The notes below the pieces were generated by a model. It made no database searches and was not told where the DNA came from. It saw only the letters and a list, made by a program, of their open reading frames with translations. A stretch of DNA of 63,445 nucleotides, the filler included, from Octopus bimaculoides (lineage: Eukaryota), in NCBI RefSeq assembly GCF_001194135.2. It is 7 parts of 7 records of this genome, joined end to end, with 100 filler letters (N's around TTAATTAATTAA, not from the genome) between each part and the next. Parts side by side here need not be neighbours in the genome. Positions count along the whole stretch, not along the records: positions 1 to 23,356 come from NC_068989.1; 6 more parts are not named here. One strand, given 5' to 3'. This document shows positions 1 through 13,185 of the stretch, in pieces. Positions within the stretch are counted from its first letter, which is position 1, and each line of letters begins with the position of its first letter. The translations under genes and the position numbers were made by a program.

Positions 1-309
1 CAAGTGTCTTTTACTAGAGCTTCGGGCCGACCACAGCCTTGTGAGTGGATTTGGTAGACGGAAACTGAAAGAAGCCCGTCGTATATATGTATATGTGTAT
101 GTGTGTTTGTGTGTCGGTGTTTGTCCCCCCACCATCGCTTGACAACTGAAGCTGGTGTGTTTACGTCCCCGTAACTTAGCGGTTCGGCAAAAAGAGACCG
201 ATAGAATTAGTACTAGGCTTACAAAGAATAAGTCCTGTGTGTCGATTTTCTTGACTAAAGGCGGTGCTCCAGCATGGCCGCAGTCAAATGATTGAAAGAA
301 GTAAAAGAG
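1..309 (+). mobile_element. tRNA-derived SINE family A (CORE-like), 5' part cut by window edge
   Basis: Matches the body and 3' end shared by many copies in the window (CAAGTGTCTT..GCCTTGTGAGTGGATTTGGTAGACGGAAACTGAAAGAAGCCCGTCG..GGCGGTGCTCCAGCATGGCCGCAGTCAAATGA). Confidence 0.85.
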
Positions 310-335
310 TATATATATATACATATACACATATA

Positions 336-533
336 AGAGGGATGACCACTAAGTAGACTTCATTATGCTAGAAGACCACCTATGTTCTGACCACTAAGAA
401 GAGATTGTTCTCAAGAAAATTCAGCAATCGCCTGAATTTGTTGAATTTTCTTGAGAACAATCTCTTCTTAGTGATCAGACCAGAGGTGGTCTTCTTCTAG
501 CATAATGGATGTCCACTTAGTGGTCATCCCTCT
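336..533. mobile_element. Palindromic MITE-like element flanked by TA
   Basis: Two arms of about 95 bp form an imperfect inverted repeat (AGAGGGATGACCACTAAG...CTTAGTGGTCATCCCTCT) with a short spacer. TA lies at 334-335 and 534-535. Confidence 0.75.
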
Positions 534-1344
534 TATATGTACATAATATAATATCTCTGAATCTTCAGATTTTTCAATGGGCNNNNNNNNNNATATATAT
601 ATATATATATATATATATATACTTTCATACAGATATATACTTTCATGTAGATATAAACGACAATTCGACTGATTTAACATAGTCACTACTCTACCGATCC
701 AAAGTATTCAAATATTCACATTGATTCTGCTGCTATTCAGTTGGCAGAATGAATTTACCAAATAGTTTATATCATATCAGATCAATTAGAATTTAGAGGA
801 TAATAGAGGTTATAGTAAGGGGAAGGAATAATTGAAATCAGTGACCCAGTTACCTCTACTTGAAAACAAAAGAGGGAGGATTGTCTCCAGCCGTCTAGAA
901 TTAAGTCTTAGGAGAGTTGTGCATGTATTCTGGTCAGTAGGGATAAATTAATTAATATCATATCAGTCTACTAAACTATCATGTGTGATGGAACAATACA
1001 TTCGGCTTTATCTACAAGAGTGGGTAAGGCGAGAGATATGAGGAAACGGTGAAAAGGAGAAGAAAAAAAGAAAAAGTAGAAGAAAATAGTATAGGGAGAG
1101 CTGATACTACTTACTTTGATTATCGTGTTAAAACGGGAAGACCTACTGGAATAAGTATTAGGAAGTACAGGTTGAAATCAAATTCAGAGAATAGGCAAAT
1201 GTGTTCACTACACTTTAGCATATTTATGATATTGTAGAAATAAATATAATATTTAATATATAAACGAAGGATAAAATTATACATAAAATTATAATAGATG
1301 CGTTAAGATATAAAAGAAATAATAAAACTTTTCGTAAATGTTGT

Positions 1345-1523
1345 GTATACTGCCAGCTTAATGTGACAGTCCCAAGGCTGCGTGGAAGTGCTTGTCTCCC
1401 CCTCACAAACATAAGGACACAGGAAATGTGTCAAGGCCGACAGGAAGCGGTCCAGCTTCCTAGAGCTAAATCGCAGCAGTATGATTCCCTTATTGGGACT
1501 GTCACATTGAGTTGACAGTATAC
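1345..1523. mobile_element. Small MITE-like element with 31-bp inverted termini
   Basis: 1345-1375 (GTATACTGCCAGCTTAATGTGACAGTCCCAA) matches the reverse complement of 1493-1523 at 28/31 positions. Confidence 0.6.
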
Positions 1524-2314
1524 AACTGCTTTATCGGAACACTGCTGCTTAAGTCTCTCTGTGATATTTATAATTAGATCAATTATAATTAGTGTATAAA
1601 ATATCCTGGTAAAAAGGATATAGATACAATTTATAACGGAATTTATTATAAGTTCATGCAGCCATTTGACGAAAATGTTTTCGTTGCAATGATGTAATGT
1701 TTTCATTAATCAATTAAAGGAATCGCTTGAAACGGCCGTAATGAATTGACAACTGTACCGCTTTGTTACTAATTTATACTTTATTCACCTATCCTGAAAT
1801 CTGCGCTTCCGAATTATTATACAAAGTATTCTAATATAAAGTACATGACTGATTAGCCGAGAGCTGATCCCTTCGCTAAGCTAGGTCGTATTATCTGCAT
1901 ACACTGCAAGAATATCAGGTGGTGGTACATCTGCACCGAGTTTCATATTCACTTGAAATTATTTGGGTGTGCATGTTACACCGACCTAACAAGGTGCCTG
2001 AATTTAAGCACCTAATTCAACTGAATCTTAAATATATATATACATACACACACACACACACACACACACACTTATATATATATATATATATATATATAAT
2101 GTGTGTGTGTATAAACATATATATATATATACATATATATGTATGTATATATGTATATATGGATGTATGTATGTATATATATGTATACATATATATATAT
2201 GTGTGTATGTATGAATGTACTTACTGTATCGCTCCCTCATGTCGAAGCGTTATATTGAGGAGTTGTAACGAAACAGACATCGGGAGTCAAGTGATAGTTG
2301 AGGAAAAAGACGAA

Positions 2315-2360
<46 letters not shown>

Positions 2361-2369
2361 TATACATAT

Positions 2370-2525
2370 ACGATGGACTTCTTTTAGTTTCCCTCAACTG
2401 TCTCCAATCACAAAGCTTAGGTTGACCCGGGTATATAGAAGACACTTGCTCAAGGTGTCACACAGTGAGACTGAACCCGGAACCATGTGTCTGGGATGCA
2501 AATTTCTTATCACACCTGCAGGCCA
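2370..2525 (-). mobile_element. SINE family A, degenerate 5' half
   Basis: GAAGACACTTGCTCAAGGTGTCACACAGTGAGACTGAACCCGGAACCATG is homologous to the other family A heads. Confidence 0.75.
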
Positions 2526-3580
2526 GCACCTANNNNNNNNNNNNNNNNNNNNNNNNNNNNNNNNNNNNNNNNNNNNNNNNNNNNNNNNNNNNNNNNNNNN
2601 NNNNNNNNNNNNNNNNNNNNNNNNNNNNNNNNNNNNNNNNNNNNNNNNNNNNNNNNNNNNNNNNNNNNNNNNNNNNNNNNNNNNNNNNNNNNNNNNNNNN
2701 NNNNNNNNNNNNNNNNNNNNNNNNNNNNNNNNNNNNNNNNNNNNNNNNNNNNNNNNNNNNNNNNNNNNNNNNNNNNNNNNNNNNNNNNNNNNNNNNNNNN
2801 NNNNNNNNNNNNNNNNNNNNNNNNNNNNNNNNNNNNNNNNNNNNNNNNNNNNNNNNNNNNNNNNNNNNNNNNNNNNNNNNNNNNNNNNNNNNNNNNNNNN
2901 NNNNNNNNNNNNNNNNNNNNNNNNNNNNNNNNNNNNNNNNNNNNNNNNNNNNNNNNNNNNNNNNNNNNNNNNNNNNNNNNNNNNNNNNNNNNNNNNNNNN
3001 NNNNNNNNNNNNNNNNNNNNNNNNNNNNNNNNNNNNNNNNNNNNNNNNNNNNNNNNNNNNNNNNNNNNNNNNNNNNNNNNNNNNNNNNNNNNNNNNNNNN
3101 NNNNNNNNNNNNNNNNNNNNNNNNNNNNNNNNNNNNNNNNNNNNNNNNNNNNNNNNNNNNNNNNNNNNNNNNNNNNNNNNNNNNNNNNNNNNNNNNNNNN
3201 NNNNNNNNNNNNNNNNNNNNNNNNNNNNNNNNNNNNNNNNNNNNNNNNNNNNNNNNNNNNNNNNNNNNNNNNNNNNNNNNNNNNNNNNNNTATATATACT
3301 TAATGCCTTTATATATACATATATGATACCTTCATATATACATAGATATAATACGTATCAATGTTAATACATATGTTGTTATATTTTGTTGATTGATAAT
3401 TACCAAGGAATTTCATTGCTTCACAATGTGTTTGGAGCTCTTTAAAATGAGCATAGGAAAAGCACTACAGTAATCCCTCGTCTATCGCGGGTGCTACGTC
3501 CCCATCCACTATGGTATGTGAAAATCCGCGAAATAGAAACAGTACTGAACTGTATATTTACTATTATTATTATTATTATT

Positions 3581-4138
3581 GAGTGAGAGAGCAGTGCATG
3601 CCATGAAAGTGACACTGGGGTAAAATATACGAAGCCCATTATACCCATCATGACTACCCGTCTGATATGGGCACACCAGGCACATGCATCACAACCATAT
3701 GTGCGTGACATGGTGATCTCATATCAAGATAAACAGCGCATGACCTCGCAGGTGGGGCCCAGTTAGAATTTTCCTCAGGTCGAGTGGCTCATCCCGCTCA
3801 AAAGGTCCTTGAATAAGGTTTGTTTAAGGATGTTGAGCAAAACACCCATGTCTCCAAAGGTGAATTATTCAAACCCCAAAGAATTCCCCTCAACACATGG
3901 TTATGATGCTCCCTCCACTACTTCTGCTCATGATCAGAGATGCACATATCGTCAGCCACCAAGGGACATGCTCAACTGGTTAAGGTCAAACAACCAACAA
4001 GCAAATCTGTGGTATTAAGCAGAATATTTGCTGTAGCCCATCTTTTATACCAAGACAAAACAATGTATATGATAACACTTCCAATCAATTAAGATCAGAA
4101 GCCATGAGAGCCACTGCCTGGTACTCCATCCGGGCATT
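3581..4138 (-). mobile_element. Retroposon 3' region (LINE 3' UTR or SINE) ending in a (TAA)n tail
   Basis: A GC-richer 560-bp block bounded by (ATT)n runs. Its 3' end (GACGGGTAGTCATGATGG..CCCCAGTGTCACTTT..GCACTGCTCTCT) recurs at about 41540-41630 on the plus strand. Confidence 0.6.
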
Positions 4139-4158
4139 GAGAGCCACTGCATGGGACA

Positions 4159-4222
<64 letters not shown>

Positions 4223-6584
4223 CATTATTTGTATATATTTATTTTATTATAAAAGGAAAACAACACCACAGAGGAATCGACGTAAGCTTAAAAAATAAAC
4301 CACGATAGGTGAACCGCGATATGGCGAAGGATTACTATACTGCTATTTTTGCTGGACATTTGTATATCTTTTGGCAAAATCTTTACCCAGTATAACTGGT
4401 TTCTCCTTCAACAATTGCTAAACAAATTTACATCATTGCAAAGCTCCATCAACAATGCGGAAATATAACATCCACTTAAGAAAAATGTCACCATATTGTT
4501 CATGTGATATTTTGTATCTTTAAATGTGCATTCTGTCGAATAAGCATTGATGATTTGCAAATGAGATCCACCAGCTTAAAATACGAAATCGTTGTATAAT
4601 ACAGAATATCATGTCTCTGACATCACGTATACAATGTTTTAAGTTAGCTTCTACAGAAATACATCTTTCATGGATAAACATTATTATGTCGTTTTCCATG
4701 TCCTTTTAACTTAGTATTTCTCTTTGCTTTAGGCATTAATCTTCGTCGTTTACTTTTACATACTGATATATTATTCTACTGCATTTTGATGTCTCATTAA
4801 TCTTTAATATTTAATACTTCCAAAGACGATTTCTAAGGTATTGTTCGATAAGCCATCAAATATTTCCGATGCTTTAAGTAATGGCATATCGTATTCCTTA
4901 TATATTACATTCAGACAGTGACATCTTATTATCAATCTACTGGCGTCTTATATAAAATTATGTTCAACTTTCTCCGCATAGTAATACTGATTTCTAAAGC
5001 AAACAGCCCTAGACACACATTTTAAGACCGCCGGCAACTATATTTGCAATGTCATGATATATATCTCTCTGTATTAAATGTCGCTAAAATATGCTGCAGC
5101 TGTCATCTCATCGAATAATCATTCGGAATTCGGACAACTGAGAGACGATTTCCCCGGATTTCCTTTGCCTATGTGTTAGTTTCAAACGACTTGTAATTGA
5201 ACAAAGGATAAAGGCCATTCTTCTTTTCCATAATTTATAAAACGCAATAAATATAGATTTATATAAAGGTCCGTGTGTCGCGTTCCACTCTAAGCGTTAC
5301 GAGAAGTCAATAACTTGTAGACGGAATTCTTGCTGACGCGGTCAAATTCTATGTAAATGCGGTTCGTGTAACAAGAGTCTGAATTTATATTTAGTAGATG
5401 TTCTCTTTATCATACCTTTAATCCTGAATTCAATTTAATTCTTATTATGCGTATTATAGATTTGAAGAAAGCAATACGAATCCACTTCGGTACCAAAACA
5501 ATTGATCCTTAATGCTGTATCACGACCTGTTAGAAATAATAACCAAACCTTCCACAGATGTCACTTTAGTATCTTGCAGAAGAGAAATACACATTTGATA
5601 ATATAATTCCTGTTATTACTAAAAACATGGGATGGTCCAGATTGGAAGGCTTTTGTTGATAAATCTGTTTGCTCAATTATAACTGATCTAAAGTTCACAA
5701 GCAGTAGCAGTTACAACAATGGCAACAATAGAAATGCCAGACCCAAGCGTTAAACACATTACCGCAGGATGTTTTCTTACAGCTCTATAGAATGTAGGAG
5801 ATTGTTGCCAAATGACATGTTTTTGGCATCAGACGAAGGTGTTGTTGCTATTGTTCTTTAGTCGAACTTCACTGATTGAACAGACCTATAATCATACATA
5901 TTCTATCGCGGACCATCCCTATTTTTCGCTCTACATTACTGAATATAGTTGTGTAGTGTGTAATTCGAGGGTAGAGATTTTGCTTCTATTTCAAGCCAGT
6001 AGGTTAACAAAGAAAAGGTTTCCTCTTTGACATCTTTAGATAAAGTAATATAAAAAAAAACAAGGGAGATGAATATTTTAAACTTTTAATATACCACTTC
6101 AAATTGAAACAAATTGCAATTATGACATGGCTAGGGTAAGGTACAGGCATGGCTGTGTGACTAAATCATTCTGTTGGTGATCATATAGTTCGGCATCTAA
6201 TACAATTATACAGTACTTTGATACGGCAGATGCATTACACAAACAAAAACATATTAAAACAAAAAAGGAAACACTATACTTATTAAATTTTTTAAAAATC
6301 ATAAACTAAAATGCATTTATCAGGCCTAACCCGAAACAAAGAGTTGAAATATATTACATAAAAAAACAAACAAACAAGAAAACATATTCAGAATGAAAGA
6401 TCTCATTAACATCGTACCAAAATCTGAAAGCCATACAAGAATGCTTCAGACAAATCAATGTAATACAGAAACGTGAATGAAACTACGAAATTTGGAAAAA
6501 TGAATGACTTTGATTCATCGTGTTGTTGTGTTATGGTTAACATGTTGAAAAATTAAGAAGGAAAAAGATTATCTTCTATAATCT

Positions 6585-6875
6585 CTTATTTGTTGCAGTC
6601 ATAGCACTGCGGCCATGTTGGGGCATCGTCTTGAAGAGATTAGTCGAATAAATTGACACCAGTATTTATTTTAGAGTCTGGTACTCAATTATATCGGTAA
6701 TATCTGATTAACCACTAAGTTACGGCAATTTAAACAAACGATGGTAGTTGTCAAGTGGTTTAGGACTCCAACACAAACACACACATATACGATGCCTACC
6801 AAATTCACTCACAAGACATTGGTCAGCCTGAATATATAATAAAAGACACATCTCCAAAGTGCCGCGTAGTAGTAA
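6585..6875 (-). mobile_element. SINE family A, old degenerate copy
   Basis: CAGTCATAGCACTGCGGCCATGTTGGGGCATCG...CTACCAAATTCACTCACAAG is colinear with family A. Confidence 0.65.
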
Positions 6876-7240
6876 ACTTCTCAACGACTATTTGTTTTTC
6901 ACAATAGATAATACACAATTCGTTATGTGTGTGAATTAAAAATATCTCATAGATTAAACCATATACGCCTCTTACTACACAAATAGTCTCTTAGAGAGAA
7001 AATTGAGGGATTAAAATGATCTCACTACACACGGGTCTCAAGATCATTGTTTTTGCTGTCTCCAGCCGCAATAACGCTAATCCTTATTCGGAGATTAACT
7101 CCGGGGCTTTTGACTATTTTGCCTGGGAAAATGAGAAATGTATATTCATACATAAGTACAGAAGTGCAAAACTTGAAAATAGCCTAAAGTTAATTTTGTA
7201 TAACACTAATTATACTGCTTTTTCTCTGTATGTCTCTCCC

Positions 7241-7291
<51 letters not shown>

Positions 7292-7395
7292 NNNNNNNNN
7301 NNNNNNNNNNNNNNNNNNNNNNNNNNNNNNNNNNNNNNNNNNNNNNNNNNNNNNNNNNNNNNNNNNNNNNNNNNNNNNNNNNNNNNNNNNNNNNN

Positions 7396-7436
<41 letters not shown>

Positions 7437-8753
7437 TTACAAACATACATACATGCATACATATAAACACACACACACACACTCCCACAGGCACACATAC
7501 ACACACACACGTATTTTGTTTTAGGATATGCGGGTAAGGATAGAAGTGGGGTTGTTGTATTGCTCATGTTTTTCCCCAACGTCATCGTCGGCGTGAGTAA
7601 AATATCTGGTTCGAAACAATACGTGAAAGCGTGTTAAGAAAAATTGCTTAACAGAAATTAACGCGATCAATCAAAATGGAGTCTGATGAGAAGTTACACA
7701 CATACTCACGCATCGCTTACATCGACGCGTATATAGATATGCACACACTAAAGACAGAAGAGAGAGAGGGGGAGAGAGAAGGAAAGAAAGAGAAGGGGAA
7801 ACACACATACACACAGGGGAATAGACAGAGAAACGGACCAGAAGACAGGCAGAGAAATAGAGGTAGAGAAAGGCAGACAACGGCAGACAAAGAAAACCGA
7901 GTCAAAGAATATTTTGTCAATAAAATATTCCAATACGCAAGTTGTCGACCAATGACACGTTTTTGTTCTCTGCATCGATATAGTACTAATTGTTAGTTAC
8001 GATGGATGGCTAAATAGATGGATGCATGGAGAGTTGGATGGAGAGATGGATAGTAGAGCCTGCTTGGCAATAAGTGAATATCGTTCGTTCGTGTGTTGGT
8101 TGCATTTTTGATATTTCCTTTTCGGAATATAAAGGCATAAACAGTTGTTTTACATGGCATTGCTATGTTCTTTAAAAAAAAATACCATTGTGTCTGGGTT
8201 TACTTACATATTTAATCAATAACCGAACAAACTAACTATACCATACATTATTTCATGTTTCAGTCGAAATAATAATCTTTCTATTATGAATTCATGAATT
8301 TAGTCCATTTGATTTGACGTTGACTTTCTCATTGTTATTTTCATTTATCAAAATTGATTTATTCTATAACCGCAAATAAAAAAACAAAAGATACCCTTAT
8401 AAACACCACACATTTCCATCTCTTTTATTGATTCTCAAATATACCTTTTCACTGTTGTAGACACTATTTCTAACGTGGCGTTAATTGTCTTCCTTATTTT
8501 TCCTATTCATTTAGCAATGGAAAAGACACGTCCGTGCAATTTTGTTGGAAACGAAATATTTAAAATCCATATTTCAAAATCGTTGACGGGTTCGGAATGA
8601 TTTAAGTGTGAACAGTAACAAAAACCATGATTCATTCCATTCTTTTCATTTTTACATGTCGTTATATACGAAATCGTTAAAAATGCAAACATTTGAATTG
8701 TGCCTCTGTCTCTTTCCCTCTCCTCTGCCCTTCCCTGTCTCCCCCGACTATTC

Positions 8754-8804
<51 letters not shown>

Positions 8805-9520
8805 NNNNNNNNNNNNNNNNNNNNNNNNNNNNNNNNNNNNNNNNNNNNNNNNNNNNNNNNNNNNNNNNNNNNNNNNNNNNNNNNNNNNNNNNNNNNNNNN
8901 NNNNNNNNNNNNNNNNNNNNNNNNNNNNNNNNNNNNNNNNNNNNNNNNNNNNNNNNNNNNNNNNNNNNNNNNNNNNNNNNNNNNNNNNNNNNNNNNNNNN
9001 NNNNNNNNNNNNNNNNNNNNNNNNNNNNNNNNNNNNNNNNNNNNNNNNNNNNNNNNNNNNNNNNNNNNNNNNNNNNNNNNNNNNNNNNNNNNNNNNNNNN
9101 NNNNNNNNNNNNNNNNNNNNNNNNNNNNNNNNNNNNNNNNNNNNNNNNNNNNNNNNNNNNNNNNNNNNNNNNNNNNNNNNNNNNNNNNNNNNNNNNNNNN
9201 NNNNNNNNNNNNNNNNNNNNNNNNNNNNNNNNNNNNNNNNNNNNNNNNNNNNNNNNNNNNNNNNNNNNNNNNNNNNNNNNNNNNNNNNNNNNNNNNNNNN
9301 NNNNNNNNNNNNNNNNNNNNNNNNNNNNNNNNNNNNNNNNNNNNNNNNNNNNNNNNNNNNNNNNNNNNNNNNNNNNNNNNNNNNNNNNNNNNNNNNNNNN
9401 NNNNNNNNNNNNNNNNNNNNNNNNNNNNNNNNNNNNNNNNNNNNNNNNNNNNNNNNNNNNNNNNNNNNNNNNNNNNNNNNNNNNNNNNNNNNNNNNNNNN
9501 NNNNNNNNNNNNNNNNNNNN

Positions 9521-9613
<93 letters not shown>

Positions 9614-10077
9614 GTCTGTGTGTGTGATTGTATGTATGTATATATATATGTAGTTATATGTATACACATATATATGTGTATATATGTATATGTATATATA
9701 TATATACACACACAAAAACATAAAAACACTACGCTCATTATTATATTAGGAGATATATATGTATATATCTATGAATGTCTATAAAAAATATATATGTATA
9801 TATGAGTTTGTGAGTGTATACATATGTAGATAAAATGCAACGAGTAACGTGGTCTCGCGCCAGGCAATACAGGGATGGTTCGAATCCCGTAGGTGTGCGC
9901 CTGTGTCTCTTTCTGTCTCTAATCATTTCATAAGTTGTCATCTATAATAATGATAACAGAACAACAATCAATAGTATCAAGACACACACACACACACTTA
10001 CACACACACACACACACACACATACGCACACACACACACGCACGCAATGATATATACATATTTTAGTATACATACAA

Positions 10078-10220
10078 CAGACTGCTTCCACTCACGACGC
10101 CTTTGTCGGCCCAAAGGCCTAGTAGAAGGCATTTGCTCAAGTTTCCACGCAGTGGGACTAAACCCAGAACCATTTGGTTGGGAAGCAAACTTCTTACCAC
10201 ACAGCCAACACTGCCATTCA
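10078..10220 (-). mobile_element. SINE family A, tRNA-like head fragment
   Basis: Contains CCACGCAGTGGGACTAAACCCAGAACCATTTGGTTGGGAAGCAAACTTCTTACCACACAGCC. Confidence 0.75.
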
Positions 10221-10339
10221 ACATTTGCTTCTTCCAAATTATTTTCTTTTTGCTACTCAGTTATTCCGTCCACTGACCATTTAACAGGCCATGTTCAAAC
10301 CTATTTGAAAATGAGCACAAGTGAGGGAATATACAAAAC

Positions 10340-10419
<80 letters not shown>

Positions 10420-10632
10420 ATATATATATANNNNNNNNNNNNNNNNNNNNNNNNNNNNNNNNNNNNNNNNNNNNNNNNNNNNNNNNNNNNNNNNNNNNNN
10501 NNNNNNNNNNNNNNNNNNNNNNNNNNNNNNNNNNNNNNNNNNNNNNNNNNNNNNNNNNNNNNNNNNNNNNNNNNNNNNNNNNNNNNNNNNNNNNNNNNNN
10601 NNNNNNNNNNNNNNNNNNNNNNNNNNNNNNNN

Positions 10633-10871
10633 ATAATCATAAATATATAGGGATTGACAGTAACCTGCTTCTCCAACATACTGAGAATTCAGAAATAGCA
10701 GTCAAAGAACTACTGATTTCAAAACTACAAATTATTACTCCAGATTGATAGCGATATTTTTGATACACACAGAACAAAAAACAGTAGAGAAGAGTAAAGA
10801 AGGTTTTTTCATACTGAGCTACCCGGCAAAATTGTTGATTATTAATTTTATTACTAATTGACGATTCCCTG
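10633..10871 (+). mobile_element. Non-autonomous DNA element (internal region plus right terminal inverted repeat)
   Basis: The internal region is homologous to 59177-59340 and 59820-59990. The 3' ~70 bp is the reverse complement of 59739-59803. Confidence 0.6.
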
Positions 10872-10880
10872 CCCTGCATA

Positions 10881-10917
<37 letters not shown>

Positions 10918-12699
10918 GCCTATCTATGTATCTTTCTCTATCTCTCTCGTTATGTATATATAAACCTATATATGTGTGTGTATGCGTTGAATGTCTTATA
11001 TTAAGTAAGGATGACTACCTTCGTGATCTGGAAACTTCCATCAACTTATCAAGTTCACCCAATATTAATATGAAATGATAATATTGGATTTGGCTATATA
11101 CCTACAAAGACACCCATAATCGTTGACAGAACATCACTCAATTTGTTAATGAAGCCACGGCGAATGCTATAGTTTACGTTACCACGCTAAAATCTATGCT
11201 ACCTTCTTTAAACTGAAAGTGTTTGCTGTTGGCATTACGCATAGCAGAGTTGAAACCCCATGCTGGTGATTATATTTTCCACTTATTGTTGCTGCAAAAC
11301 ATCCGAATGTACAAGAAATAGATTAGCCCTTATAAAAAAAAGTGCACAATTACCCTTTTTTTTTAGTTTCTCTGCAGTGTGGTCATAAAATTCTACACAA
11401 GTATTCGAAATACTGTCTCGTCCGAGCTTTGTAACCACTTATGATCGTGTTTGTTTTACCGTCAGCTAGACAGAAATACCATACAAAACAATTATTTTGC
11501 AGCAATCTTCACAATAACAGACACATTGCAGCCAATTCATCGGCCATGTTACTACCGTTCATTTCAATTTACACAGCTCAAATATTTTTCGTTCTCCTCG
11601 CGGGGACTAACATACTTCGATGAATTATGTGAACATTGAAAATATGAACCGATGCACATATACAGTCATAGGTCAACCTGTAGCGCAGACTACTATGAAA
11701 AAGATCCATTGTAGCTTATATTGCTCACGCCATTACAGCCCAGTGTTCACGAAGCTTTATAGCGTACAGTTCAAAGTCAGTGTAACTCACAGTTCATACG
11801 ATATCGTAGCTTACGGTTACACATCGTTTGCTGCAACAATAGAATCATTACTACTAAATAAATGTCCCATTCTGTTAGTCTCTATGCAGCGTTTAGTTGT
11901 GTGCTTAGCTGACCACACAGCTAAAAGCTGTAAAATCTAACCCACCATTGACATTTTTATCATAACGAAATTATCTTCTCCAAATGAATGACACTAGAAA
12001 TGATACTGTATTTTCAATTCAGAATTTACATTTGCTGACTTATTACAATGGGGACGATAACCTTTCATAATATTGTACAGATATTTATCTTTATATGCAT
12101 TAATTAAAATGTCATTTTATCTACAAGTGGTTTGTTGTTGACGTATTGTATATTGGAACAATAATTACTCAACAGCTATAAGACTACCGCTAGCAAAATG
12201 TAGAAGTGAACTTATATCAACAAATATTAATAAATGCAATTGTTATGCTTTACTTGTTTTCTCCGCGCATCCACTTCATTGTTTTATTCTTTCTTTTTGT
12301 CTCTCACAATGTATGTGTTCAGTTAGAGACTACAATTCACCACCACACAGTTCGCAGTTTAGTCACACTGAAGTGAAGTCGGATCGAATACAAAATAATT
12401 ATTGTAGTTAATTAATCAATGACATCACCGATGTGATTAACAAGATAATGATAGTAATTATGCCTATTTGTCAGATCTCGCAGTACTAGACAGATATTTA
12501 CAGACAGATTTTTAACCAAGGCCGTATGTTTAAAGAAATAAATGCGTCTCATATACAATATATTCATGTTAAGAAAATCATAACAGAAGGACAGATTTCA
12601 ATGGCGATTTCAACAGCGGTTGTACATCCTCTTTATCTGACCATAAACATTTTAATCCGTTAATATCCTTTCTAAGTTTAGAACAAGATCAATAATTTT

Positions 12700-12875
12700 G
12701 AGGTAAAAGGGAAGTCGATTACCTCAGCCCCAGGGTGATACTGGAACGTATATTATCGACACTGAGAGGACTAGCAACCTTCAAGCTGACCTCCGTGGCA
12801 TTTGGACTCCGTGGAAGAAATGCAGCTAAACATTTTGTCCGGTGCGGCAACGATTCTATCAGATCACTGGCATTT
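12700..12875 (-). mobile_element. SINE family B, degenerate
   Basis: AAGTCGATTACCTCAGCCCCAGG..TATTATCGAC..CATTTTGTCCGGTGCGGCAACGATTCT is a decayed reverse complement of family B. Confidence 0.5.
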
Positions 12876-13152
12876 ATTAATCCAAGGATATTAAAAGCAT
12901 TCGTAAACTGAAAATACCAATCTGCATATAACGTTTACATGGTAGGTAGATCAAAGATTCAATGGATTTTGTTTATTACTGTACTCTGTACTGTAGAATA
13001 TATCTAGTTATTGTTCAGCCAGCGATGTGTGTATATGTGTGAGTGGTGTGCTGTGTGTGCGTGCGCGCGCGCGCGTGATGCATCAAATTAATATATTGGT
13101 TCGAATTGTTTCATATATATTTATATATGTGTATATATATATATATATATAG

Positions 13153-13185
<33 letters not shown>

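Noticed and set aside
9842-9900. tRNA-like segment with a perfect GGTTCGAATCCC B-box
   Set aside because: The T-stem and acceptor stem do not pair. At best this is a decayed SINE head, not a tRNA gene.
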